Assembly: GCA_965197905.1 (NCBI GenBank)
Contig: CBDAOB010000004.1
Span: 960,001 to 1,024,000, forward strand
Origin: Candidatus Latescibacterota bacterium
GTDB lineage: Bacteria; Latescibacterota; UBA2968; UBA8231
Reading direction: 5' to 3'
DNA: 64,000 bases
Below, piece by piece: positions 30,794 to 39,865 of the stretch (within the stretch, counting starts at the first letter, position 1; every line of letters starts with the position of its first letter). The notes beneath the pieces were generated by a model. It ran no database searches and had not been told where the DNA came from. It saw only the letters and a program-made list of their open reading frames with translations. The position numbers and the translations under genes are program-made.

Positions 30794-31906
30794 ATGAGAA
30801 ATGCAAGATGGACGAATCATGTAATCTGCAGCCTCATCGTCGCGGGTACGGCGCTTCCCGCAACCGGACTGAAAGAACCGCAGCTCGTTCTACAGGGAAA
30901 AGCTGCGAGGCTGACGGTCGAAGCGAACGGAGGTGCGTTCACGGAGTTCCGGTTATCGGGAAGCGAAGTCAATCCCCTCGCCGTCGATTGGTCGGAGGTT
31001 GCCACGACCCTCTTCGGGTTCGAGCTCACCTACCCCTGGCGCGGACACTTTCTGTGCCTCGATCGCTTCGGTTTTCCATCGCAGCGAGAACTGGAAAACG
31101 GGATGCCGTTTCACGGCGAAGCGTCGCAGGTGAAGTGGGAGGTGGTGTCGGAGCCGTCGGCAGCAGAAGGGGCGATCAGCGCGCGGATGCGTTGCGCGCT
31201 GCCGATGGCAGGCCTGAAGGTGCACCGGACGATGCGTCTGAGTGAAGAGACTGCCGTGTTGAGCGTCGAGGAGTCGATCGAGAACACGAATTCGCTAGGG
31301 AGGATCTACAACTTCGTCCAGCACGCGAATATTCAGAGACCTTTCCTCGACGAGACGGTGCTGCTGGACTGCAATGCCACGTCGGGATTCTTGTATCAGG
31401 AACCTCTTCCGGAAGATCTTGACATTTTTCAGTGGCCTGCGTTTGCCCACAACGGCAAGACCATCGACCTGCGACAGCAGACGGCCAACGCCGACACCTT
31501 CGGCGTCTTCCTGGCGATGGACGACGAAGCCGACTACGGCTGGGTGACGGCCTCCAATCCGGGACAGGGAGTGATGCTCGGGTATTTGTGGAAGACGGAG
31601 GAGTTCCCGTGGCTGCTCGTATTCCGGATGCCGAAGAATGGCAATCCTGAGTGGCTGACCTTCGAGCCCACAACCGGTTACCTTGGGCCCAACAAGCATC
31701 TCGTGGCCAGGGGACCGGTACTCGATCGACCGCTCCTCTCCTTCATCGACGCGGGCGAAACGATCAGTACGTCGTACACGGCATTCCTGGCAGAAATACC
31801 TGCGGACTACAAAGGCGTTGAAGCGGTGAGCTTTGCGGATGGGGAAATCGCGATCAGGGAGCGCCAATCAGATGCGACGAGGGACATCCGGCTTTCCGCA
31901 CCATGA
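30794..31906 (+). CDS. Exported galactose-mutarotase-fold (aldose 1-epimerase-like) hypothetical protein
   Basis: AGGAGG RBS, signal-like N-terminus, GHFLCLDRFG, GMPFHGEA and NFVQH. Confidence 0.55.
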   Translation: MRNARWTNHVICSLIVAGTALPATGLKEPQLVLQGKAARLTVEANGGAFTEFRLSGSEVNPLAVDWSEVATTLFGFELTYPWRGHFLCLDRFGFPSQRELENGMPFHGEASQVKWEVVSEPSAAEGAISARMRCALPMAGLKVHRTMRLSEETAVLSVEESIENTNSLGRIYNFVQHANIQRPFLDETVLLDCNATSGFLYQEPLPEDLDIFQWPAFAHNGKTIDLRQQTANADTFGVFLAMDDEADYGWVTASNPGQGVMLGYLWKTEEFPWLLVFRMPKNGNPEWLTFEPTTGYLGPNKHLVARGPVLDRPLLSFIDAGETISTSYTAFLAEIPADYKGVEAVSFADGEIAIRERQSDATRDIRLSAP

Positions 31907-31925
31907 GGAGAGCTCAGTAGGGAAG

Positions 31926-32081
31926 TCATGAGTCATCATCTTCCGTCGCAGCCGGCTCGGTCTGCCGCCACACGGGTTTGCCATCAGGCTCGTTGAAGGC
32001 TAGGAAGATCTGCTCATCTGCGCCCTTGACGTACACGAAGACCTTACCCCCTTCAACGAGCGGCGAGCCCGTACAACCGAA
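31926..32081 (-). pseudogene. PQQ-like beta-propeller repeat scrap
   Basis: FGCTGSPLVEGGKVFV...FLAFNEPDGKPVW, preceded by an in-frame TGA. Confidence 0.45.
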
Positions 32082-32213
32082 TCAATATCTGCCTAAGAAG
32101 CAGGCGCGGTGCCCGTCAGAATGGCAGCGTTAGATTCAGTTGGTGTCAAGCCACGACAGGGGACGAAAGAGTTTCGTCGACGCGAACGGGCATGGTAAAT
32201 ACAAAGGAGAGTC

Positions 32214-33209
32214 ATGGATATTCTCGAACGATTTGTGGCTATCGATAACAAATGTGCTTGGCCCAATCTTACGCTCATGCCGGACGGCAGCATCCTTGCA
32301 GCCGTCTTCGGCGAGCCCTGTCATCTGTTGTGGGAAGGGGCAGGAGAATGCTGGCGCAGCCAAGACGGTGGCAGAACCTGGTCGTTCGTGAGCGTGCCCG
32401 TCCCCAATCAACCGCTCACAAACCGCGGCAATATGGCCGCAGGGCTGACACCGAGCGGCGCGTATGTAGTACTGTGCGGTGGCTGGAGCAACGTCTGTCC
32501 AAAGGGAGAGCGGCCGTCGTCGCCAGTAGCCCCGGGAGTCCGCGGCATAATGCCACCCATCGTCGCCCGATCCGAGGACGGCGGCAACAGCTGGACCCAC
32601 GAAAGCCTCGAGTTTGCCCCGGAAACCAAAAATCTCTTCGCCTACGGCGATATCGTGACGCTACCCGGAAATCGTCTCGCCGCCGCATGTTACGTACAAG
32701 GTGAAAACGGCAGCACTGCGTGGATCTACTTCAGCGACGATGACGGGCGAACATGGGAAGATGCCCGTGTGATCGGCAACGACAGGTACAATGAGACGGC
32801 GCTGCTATCCCTTGGCGAAGGCAGGCTTCTTGCTGCCAGTCGTACCGAGATTACGGCAGAAACCGAGATCTTTGCTTCCGATGACGGCGGTCAATCGTGG
32901 ACCTGTCGCGGTGCGGTAACACCCTCGCGGCACATGCCGGCACATCTCACCCAGTTGCGGGACGAGTCGATCCTGCTCACCTATGGGGTGCGCCTGCGCG
33001 GCATGCTTGGAGTTTACGCCAGCATCAGTCGCGACGGCGGCCAAACCTGGGATGATCCGCGGGTGCTGTTCAATACTGCCGCTTACCAGTCCGACTCGAG
33101 CTCTAAGGGGACGGACGGCGGTTATCCGTCCAGCGTGCAGTTGGCAGACGGCAGCATCCTCACCGCCTACTATTGCCAACGGATCCCCATGCTACTCTGG
33201 CGAGATTGA
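32214..33209 (+). CDS. Sialidase-like BNR/Asp-box beta-propeller protein
   Basis: Five S.D.G..W Asp boxes and DGGYPSSVQL; the C-terminus may be slightly deleted. Confidence 0.85.
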   Translation: MDILERFVAIDNKCAWPNLTLMPDGSILAAVFGEPCHLLWEGAGECWRSQDGGRTWSFVSVPVPNQPLTNRGNMAAGLTPSGAYVVLCGGWSNVCPKGERPSSPVAPGVRGIMPPIVARSEDGGNSWTHESLEFAPETKNLFAYGDIVTLPGNRLAAACYVQGENGSTAWIYFSDDDGRTWEDARVIGNDRYNETALLSLGEGRLLAASRTEITAETEIFASDDGGQSWTCRGAVTPSRHMPAHLTQLRDESILLTYGVRLRGMLGVYASISRDGGQTWDDPRVLFNTAAYQSDSSSKGTDGGYPSSVQLADGSILTAYYCQRIPMLLWRD

Positions 33210-33303
33210 GATCGCTGCTCGCCCGCGAGGACATTCGGGCAGTGGTCATCGCCGTGGAAACCTCAGGGGGCCCCTCGGCCGCGGCACGGTCCAGCTCGCC
33301 GTT

Positions 33304-34851
33304 TCAGCTGGCCGCGCAACGCCTCTCCCACTCGTAGTACATCACCGCCATTTCCCTGACGCGGTCCGGGTACTGATCGGCGAGGTTATTCTCTTCGGTC
33401 CGGTCGGCATCCATATCGTACAACTCCCACAACCCATCCGGGTCCGGCGGCCAATTCGCTGGCGGCCTGTTCGCCTCATCCCGGCGCCAGGGATTGTACG
33501 GCACCCAGTAGTCGGGGGATACGAGTTTCCACTTGCCCGCTCTGACGGCGCGCCAGAGGCCATCCTGGTTCCAGAAGAGCGCCTCGTGACCGTCGCGCTG
33601 CTCACCCCGAAAGACCGGCAGCAGGCTTTTTCCCTCCAGAGGCGTGACCTCACGACCGTCGTGGGTGGATGGGTAATCAGCCCCGGTGACATCCGCGCAC
33701 GTGGCCATCACATCGATGAGGTGACCCATCTGGTGCGTGATCGCACCCCCCTGAGGAATCACCTTCGGCCAGTAGGCGATCAGCGGCGTGGCGATACCGC
33801 CTTCGTGGTTCCAGCGCTTGAATTTGCGAAACGGCGTGTTGCTGAGATTGCCCCAGGGCAGGTTTGCCGAATGGTACGAGTCCATCGTTCCGGGCGGGAT
33901 ATCGGGCGTGCTCGTCCTGTCCTCATCGCTGGCGCCGTTGTCTGACAAGACCAGCACGAGCGTGTTCTCTTCTTCTCCAAGCTCGCGGATCTTGGCCATG
34001 AGCCGGCCGATGTTCTGATCGAGGCTATCCACCATGGCCGCGTAGACGGCCATTTTCAGATCCCAGGCATCCTTGTCCCCGATCTCATCCCACGGCAGCG
34101 CGTCGGGATCGCGCGCCGACAGCGCCCAGCGCTCCTCGATCAAACCCATTTCGACCATTCGCTTCATGCGCCGCTCGCGGAGACGATCCCAGCCGACTTT
34201 ATACTTGCCCTGGTATTTGGCGATGTCCCGCGGCCGGGCATGGAGCGGCCAGTGAGGAGCCGTGTATGCCATATAGAGGAAAAAGGGATCCTCCCTCGGG
34301 CCGTATTCGTCCAGGTATTCGAGGGCGCGATCGGTAAAAGCGTCGGTCGTGTAGTAGTCTGGGTCTTCGGGTGTGTACGGCTGGATGAGCTGGTCGTCAT
34401 CGGCGAACACCTCGTAGCCGTGTGCGGGCGTTTTTCTCGCGGGTTCCGGTTCGCCGGGCCGTCGCACGCCCGGGTTGAAGTAATTGCAGCCTCCTCCGGT
34501 GGGTCCGTAGTTGTGATCGAAACCGCGTTCGAAAGGCAAACCCGCGAGCTCCTCCTGTAAGTGCCACTTCCCCGTCATCAGGGTGTGGTAGCCGGCCGTC
34601 TTAAGCATCTCGGCCATGGTGACGTGGCCCATGGACCTCTGTGCACCACCGACCTGCTGGGAATACAACCCGGTCAGCAGCGAAGCTCTCGTAGCGACGC
34701 AAATGGCGTTGTTGTAGAAGTTGGTGAAGCGCAGGCCGTTCGCGGCCAGCCGATCCACGTTCGGGGTGACGATCTCGCCGCCGTAGCAACCCAGATCGGA
34801 ATAACCCATGTCATCGGCGACGATGAGGACGATATTCGGTCTCGAGTCCAT
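33304..34851 (-). CDS. Arylsulfatase (Cys-type)
   Basis: PNIVLIVADDMGYSD, CVATRASLLTG, GKWH, YTAPHWP and SDNG. Confidence 0.95.
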   Translation of the reverse strand: MDSRPNIVLIVADDMGYSDLGCYGGEIVTPNVDRLAANGLRFTNFYNNAICVATRASLLTGLYSQQVGGAQRSMGHVTMAEMLKTAGYHTLMTGKWHLQEELAGLPFERGFDHNYGPTGGGCNYFNPGVRRPGEPEPARKTPAHGYEVFADDDQLIQPYTPEDPDYYTTDAFTDRALEYLDEYGPREDPFFLYMAYTAPHWPLHARPRDIAKYQGKYKVGWDRLRERRMKRMVEMGLIEERWALSARDPDALPWDEIGDKDAWDLKMAVYAAMVDSLDQNIGRLMAKIRELGEEENTLVLVLSDNGASDEDRTSTPDIPPGTMDSYHSANLPWGNLSNTPFRKFKRWNHEGGIATPLIAYWPKVIPQGGAITHQMGHLIDVMATCADVTGADYPSTHDGREVTPLEGKSLLPVFRGEQRDGHEALFWNQDGLWRAVRAGKWKLVSPDYWVPYNPWRRDEANRPPANWPPDPDGLWELYDMDADRTEENNLADQYPDRVREMAVMYYEWERRCAAS

Positions 34852-34862
34852 TGCCCTCAATA

Positions 34863-35258
34863 TCAGTCCTCGGACACGTCAACTGTTTCACGGTTGGCGG
34901 ACGAGAAAGCGATCAGCAGAACCGCGTCCTCGGCGGACACGTTGCGCGCCTGGTGCGGCAAGTGGGCGGGAAGGCTGATGCAGTCGCCGGGGTGCAGCCG
35001 CACCACACGACCGTCGTCGACCACATGATCGATGATCCCCTGCAAGACCACCAGCACTTCTGAGCAATTGGGATGCTTGTGAAGGGGATTCTCCGCGCCG
35101 GGCTCGAGCACACACTTACCGACTGTCATGTCTGTCGAGTTCCCTACCTCCGCGCTCGCGAACCAGGTCAGACTTCCCCATTCGAAAGGGAGCGTCTGCG
35201 CCTCGCTCGCACGACGTAGCTTTGCATTCTCCATACTCGTCATTCCTTTATCTTGCAT
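34863..35258 (-). CDS. Cupin domain protein
   Basis: PGAENPLHKHPNCSE...PGD.I.LP...PHQARN. Confidence 0.9.
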   Translation of the reverse strand: MQDKGMTSMENAKLRRASEAQTLPFEWGSLTWFASAEVGNSTDMTVGKCVLEPGAENPLHKHPNCSEVLVVLQGIIDHVVDDGRVVRLHPGDCISLPAHLPHQARNVSAEDAVLLIAFSSANRETVDVSED

Positions 35259-35356
35259 CGAACTAGTGCTTGTACCGCTTAGCTCCTAGAATATTCCTGT
35301 CGGGGCCGAGAAGCAAATTCCGCCATGCCTCGCTCCATTTGCAGCTGGCGTTAAGA

Positions 35357-35515
35357 CTCAGGGACACGTGTGCGACCACGCTGTTAGATTCTGGTGTGCC
35401 CTTGGATCGCGTTCAAGTGATCCTGGGTCATCGTGATATCGGGATGACGCGCCGATGCGCCGAGACTCGTCCGGAGGCACTCCGAGAAGCTATCGCTCAA
35501 ACTTTTGACCGGTAG
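35357..35515 (+). pseudogene. Tyrosine recombinase/integrase C-terminal remnant
   Basis: LRDTCATTLLDSGVPLDRVQVILGHRDIGMTRRCA; the catalytic Tyr position reads TGC (Cys) at 35456-35458. Confidence 0.8.
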
Positions 35516-35606
35516 GCGTCCGCCGGACTCTCCAACGTGTCCCCAGAATCTCCCGGTGCTGGCTATCCAAGTAAATCTCCAGATTTCAACCATGCCTCCT
35601 GATTTT

Positions 35607-37904
35607 CTAGATCGGCCGTCCGAACTCGGTAAACCCCAAGAGCACCCTCACGAAGAACGTTCGCAAGTGGAAGTCGCGGTCGTCCAGAAACGGGGAGTCA
35701 TACTCGATCCTGTCGGCGTTGAACCCCATTGTGGTTACGAGGTCGTAGCCAAAATAACGCGAGCTGTTGGTGATGGAAACGAAAACGGTGCGCCGCTCAA
35801 AGCTGTTGCGTTTTGAGGTGTCGTCCCGGCGCCGGTACGGTATGGGTCCAAAGCCCTGGAATCCAACCCGCAGGTTTGTCCTGGTAAGGAGCGGATATTC
35901 GACGCGTAGAATCGGGATAGAGCGCAGCTCCGACTGCAGCCGCACCTCGCGCTCCCGATCCACCAGGCGCAACAGCAGGAGCTTGTATTTGGGGGTAACC
36001 GTCAGTTTGCCCCAGCGCCCCTCGTACTGGATGCGACTGGTCGAGGTCCAGAAATCGACCCGGCGCTGCCGCTGGAAGAGGCCGTGCACCTTGCCGCCTT
36101 GCTGCCAGTTGAAACGTCCCCGCAGTTTCTGCACGATCTCCAAGGACGGCCAGGGCACAACGCGGCCTTGCACATAGCTGTCGCTGACGATGCTATCGCG
36201 GTAGAACGGCTGATCGGGCAGGATCTCCACCACCATGTGCACCGGCAGGCCGAAACCCTCTTGAACGGGCCGGAGGTAGGCAATTCCACGGCTTCCAAAG
36301 CGCACATCGCGCGGTCCCGCGTCATCGTCGAACACCATGATCTCATCGGCGATGTCGTCCTGAATCTTGCGCAGGCCGCTCTCGAAGAACAGGCTTTTGA
36401 GTCCTCCCTCTCCCTGCCATCGGTAGGTCAACAAACCATAGGTCGAATGGTTGTTCCCGCTGCCCGCAATCTCCTCGATGTCGTAGCGGCCGGCGGCGGC
36501 GGACCAGCCTGGCGTCAGATCCCACTGGCCGAACAGGTGGTAGCCGCGCTCGTCGTGCTCGTAAGGGTAGTCCACTTCGGCGTCGTCTTCGCGCTGGTCC
36601 GGCTCGTCATTGTTGTTGCGGTCCAAGCCGTACACGTAGCTGTTGGGCTCCACATCGAACATCAAAAACGGCTCTTCAAAGTCGGGCAACCGGTTGAAAT
36701 TGCGATTGGTGTCGGGGGCGCCGTCGTTGTCCGTATCCTGGTTGACAAAGACGCCGTTGAGGTCGGTGCCGACGCGGTCTCGGGGTATGCCTGGGGCGTT
36801 GCCGTATTTGATGTCGGGATAGCGATCGCCGTCGTCGTTGTCATCGACCGTCTGCCAGTACATGGAGCTGTTGAGCAGACCGTCCAGATGGCTCATCCAA
36901 AAGCTGGATTCACTGTGCAGAAAAGTGCGCATCTCGGTCTGGAAATCTGGATTGATAGAAAACATCTCGGCGCCGATCCGTCCGCGGCCAAAACGTCGGA
37001 CGGCGTTGAGGAAGTAGGCCCCGCCGCGATCGGCAAAACGCGGCGCTTTATCGAAGGCGGCTTGTCCATCGATGCGGGCGGGATAGCGGGAATACACACT
37101 CGAGCGTGCGTATTCGGCCGAGATCTCGAGACCCGCAAGCGTGAGACTGGCGTCGGCGCTGTAGACGAAGTGACCGGTGTTTTCCCCGACATTGAAACGT
37201 ACCCGGCGCAGATTTGAAAGATCCTGAACATTGCCCTTGGAACGCCGCACTATGTGGTAGTAGGTGCTGGAGTAGCGGTCCGCGTAGTTGGCCGATTGGG
37301 ATTTGGTGTACAACATGGCCACGTCCACCAGGTAGTCGTTCCCCAACAAGCCTTCCACGGCCACTGACCGGACGTCAGGTTCGCCCGAAACGTCGAACAG
37401 AAATACGACCTGTTTCTCGCCATCTGCTTGCAGCATCCGCTGCGGTGATTCCACTGTGTAGAGGGACTCTAGGCCGGGGATATTGGCCTGTTTGCCGACA
37501 TCGATGCCCGCCTCGTGATCCAGGCGTGCGAGATAGTCCGCAAACAGCGGGAAATCGCGATTGCGGTAGTAGAATTCGTTGAAGTAGGGGGCGGCGGCGG
37601 AAGCAGAGAATAGGTCGTAGCCCAAGGGGGTGAAACTGCCGTCGAGCGCCGAAACAAGTCCCACCTGAATCGGGGGTTTGCCGACATGGCTGATCACCTG
37701 GGGCACCAGGTCGGGCCGCGCCTGGTCATTGATCACCAGCTGAAGATCCTGCACCGCCGCGCCGCCGCCGCCGTCAGCGGGCGAATCGTCCCGGAAGCGC
37801 ACGATGATCCAGTCCATCATCGGCTGATCCGGCTTCAGTCTGCCCTTGAGACTGTTCCCGGTGGTCCGCGTGCTCTGGTAGACGTGCTGGTTCACCCAGT
37901 TCAA
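35607..37904 (-). CDS. Large outer-membrane/surface protein, 5'-truncated
   Basis: 765-codon ORF with Asp-rich DDNDDGDRYPD, DTDNDGAPD and DRNNNDEPD motifs and amphipathic C-terminal strands. It has no signal peptide or RBS and begins about 30 nt from the stop of the neighbouring gene. Confidence 0.6.
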   Translation of the reverse strand: MNWVNQHVYQSTRTTGNSLKGRLKPDQPMMDWIIVRFRDDSPADGGGGAAVQDLQLVINDQARPDLVPQVISHVGKPPIQVGLVSALDGSFTPLGYDLFSASAAAPYFNEFYYRNRDFPLFADYLARLDHEAGIDVGKQANIPGLESLYTVESPQRMLQADGEKQVVFLFDVSGEPDVRSVAVEGLLGNDYLVDVAMLYTKSQSANYADRYSSTYYHIVRRSKGNVQDLSNLRRVRFNVGENTGHFVYSADASLTLAGLEISAEYARSSVYSRYPARIDGQAAFDKAPRFADRGGAYFLNAVRRFGRGRIGAEMFSINPDFQTEMRTFLHSESSFWMSHLDGLLNSSMYWQTVDDNDDGDRYPDIKYGNAPGIPRDRVGTDLNGVFVNQDTDNDGAPDTNRNFNRLPDFEEPFLMFDVEPNSYVYGLDRNNNDEPDQREDDAEVDYPYEHDERGYHLFGQWDLTPGWSAAAGRYDIEEIAGSGNNHSTYGLLTYRWQGEGGLKSLFFESGLRKIQDDIADEIMVFDDDAGPRDVRFGSRGIAYLRPVQEGFGLPVHMVVEILPDQPFYRDSIVSDSYVQGRVVPWPSLEIVQKLRGRFNWQQGGKVHGLFQRQRRVDFWTSTSRIQYEGRWGKLTVTPKYKLLLLRLVDREREVRLQSELRSIPILRVEYPLLTRTNLRVGFQGFGPIPYRRRDDTSKRNSFERRTVFVSITNSSRYFGYDLVTTMGFNADRIEYDSPFLDDRDFHLRTFFVRVLLGFTEFGRPI

Positions 37905-37932
37905 GCCCAGATGCTGTCACTCCCCACCAAAT

Positions 37933-39402
37933 CTACTCATTCGCCACGTACAGGGCGTACACCTTCGCATCCTCCGGCCGGAGCCCGTCGCCGTAATTCA
38001 CCTGCAAACGGAACGACTCCCCCGCCGGCAGCTCGTCGCGCTCCTTCCAGCGCACCGGCAGACGGAAGCCGTCCTCCGCCAGCGGCACACAGGCATCTCC
38101 GGAGTATCCGGGCAGCGGATGGAAACCCTCGTCGAGCACCTCCACCGTCACCGGAGAGTGCTCGTTCAGATCGGCGTTGGCGAACACCTTCTGCGGACCG
38201 TCACCGGCGCGCAGGGGGCAGCTGATGAAGTGGGGCCGCGGTCGCGTGATCGGGAAAAACTCCCCCTCGCCGAAGATGATCTCGTCGAAGGTCTCGAAAC
38301 AGCCGAGCCGGTCCAGGTGCCAGCTGGCGCAACGGACGTCGGTGCCGAAGAACATGCCATACCACATCAGGGTCCTGTCGCCGCGGTTGACCATCGCCGG
38401 TCCGTGGGCATGGGTGAGCGCGCGGCCGCGGTCGTCCGGTTGCTCGGGCTCGACGGCGGCGGGGATGAACTTGAAATCGGGAATCGGCTCGCGATAGTGC
38501 AGGGCATCGTTCGAAACCACCAGGCCCAGGTCCATGTCGATCCGGTTCTGCTCACCCATCGGGTTGCCGTGCCACATGTCGTAGCACCCGATGATCACAT
38601 TGCCGCGGCTCTGCAACATCGCGCCCTGATGGGCTTCCTCCGCCATGTTGTGGTGCGGCTCCATGCGCCGCGGCGGCACGTCGTCGCGGCGGAAACTGAG
38701 ACAGGAAGCCTGGGTCCAGGTCTCGAAATCGTAGGAGGCGAAGGTGACCATCTTGCGGGTGATGCCGAAGTGGGAGCCGTGGTAGCCCAGCTCGTCCTGG
38801 GAGGTGACGTAATAACAGCCGTTGTGTTTGACCACGCTGCCGGTCTCCTGGGCCGGACCCACCGGGTTGTTGGGCGATTCCGTCCAGCGCAAGCCGTCGG
38901 GGCTGTAGGCCACCGCCAGGCTGTTGACGAACTGATTGGCCTCGATGCACATCTTGAAGCGACGGTTGGGATCGGGATCGTCCGGATCGAAGATGACGGG
39001 CGCGCTGGTCAGACAGGGCTGGCCGTCGAACAGGTCGATGATGTTGTTGTTTTTGTTGCCGTTGAACTCGATCAAACCCAGGTTCGGTCGCTCCCAGTTG
39101 TAACCGTCTTGACTAACCGCATAACCCAAGCGCCGGGACTTGTCCAGACTACTCTTGGCCTGGTACCACATGCGCAGCTCGCCGTCGAAATCGATGACCG
39201 TGCCGTAGAAGTGGACCTTCTCGTCATCGACCGAGCCCGGTTCGCCGCGGCGCAGGACGATGGGGGGTTTGTTGTAGGGGGTCTTTCCCGGAACCAGCTG
39301 CAACCGCAGTCCGGTGCTGAACGGGATGCTGTGGGTGTCGAAGGGAAACAGGACGGCTTCGTCGACTTTGTTGATGGGAACTGCGTTATGCACTTCCAAC
39401 AT
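37933..39402 (-). CDS. Beta-propeller glycoside hydrolase-like protein
   Basis: LFPFD, LRMWY, YAVSQDGYNWERPNLG, DPDPNRRFK and YSPDGLRW; C-terminal PGYS...VRW...KVYALY; AGGAG RBS. Confidence 0.75.
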   Translation of the reverse strand: MLEVHNAVPINKVDEAVLFPFDTHSIPFSTGLRLQLVPGKTPYNKPPIVLRRGEPGSVDDEKVHFYGTVIDFDGELRMWYQAKSSLDKSRRLGYAVSQDGYNWERPNLGLIEFNGNKNNNIIDLFDGQPCLTSAPVIFDPDDPDPNRRFKMCIEANQFVNSLAVAYSPDGLRWTESPNNPVGPAQETGSVVKHNGCYYVTSQDELGYHGSHFGITRKMVTFASYDFETWTQASCLSFRRDDVPPRRMEPHHNMAEEAHQGAMLQSRGNVIIGCYDMWHGNPMGEQNRIDMDLGLVVSNDALHYREPIPDFKFIPAAVEPEQPDDRGRALTHAHGPAMVNRGDRTLMWYGMFFGTDVRCASWHLDRLGCFETFDEIIFGEGEFFPITRPRPHFISCPLRAGDGPQKVFANADLNEHSPVTVEVLDEGFHPLPGYSGDACVPLAEDGFRLPVRWKERDELPAGESFRLQVNYGDGLRPEDAKVYALYVANE

Positions 39403-39504
39403 GGTTTCAATCTCCTGTGGGGTTCATGAGCTGCTTCGGGGTCATAGTTATAAGGAATATGGCCGGCGGGCGCACGAGAGGTCAGAGCTGGTTGGTGAAG
39501 GATC

Positions 39505-39572
39505 AGAAACTCCATGCCGATCAGGTCGACGTCGTAATTCTGCGCCACCTCTTCGATGAGGCCGAAGAATAG
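39505..39572 (-). pseudogene. About 70-bp scrap of a third TIM-barrel hydrolase paralog
   Basis: LFFGLIEEVAQNYDVDLIGMEFL matches HIFAVIEEVAENYDVDLIGMEFF in 45756-47396. Confidence 0.8.
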
Positions 39573-39865
39573 CCCGTCCTTTGGAAATCCGGACGTCATA
39601 ATTCTGGCACAGATGCACGAATCTGGAATGAATATTTATCTTGATGCACTCCTCGTTCCGTATATATTTTCCCAGTTAAAGCTACTCACCGGGTTTGTCT
39701 GCACCTTAATCTGTATTCGCCCTCGCCGGAGGGGGTTAAGAGAAGTTGCTAAACTCCGGAGAAAGGAGTAGAGCCACAACACAATCTAGTTTACGTAAAT
39801 ACCAGTTGATTCACGTCTTTAGGTGAATCTCGGTTTCCCTCACTTCTCTCAAGGAGAATTCAAAG

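Noticed and set aside
36084..39429. Long antisense ORFs (36084-37217, 38119-39429, and similar at 6472, 12815, 24250, 45723, 48930, 57674)
   Set aside because: They are shadow frames of GC-rich genes on the opposite strand and have no recognisable motifs.
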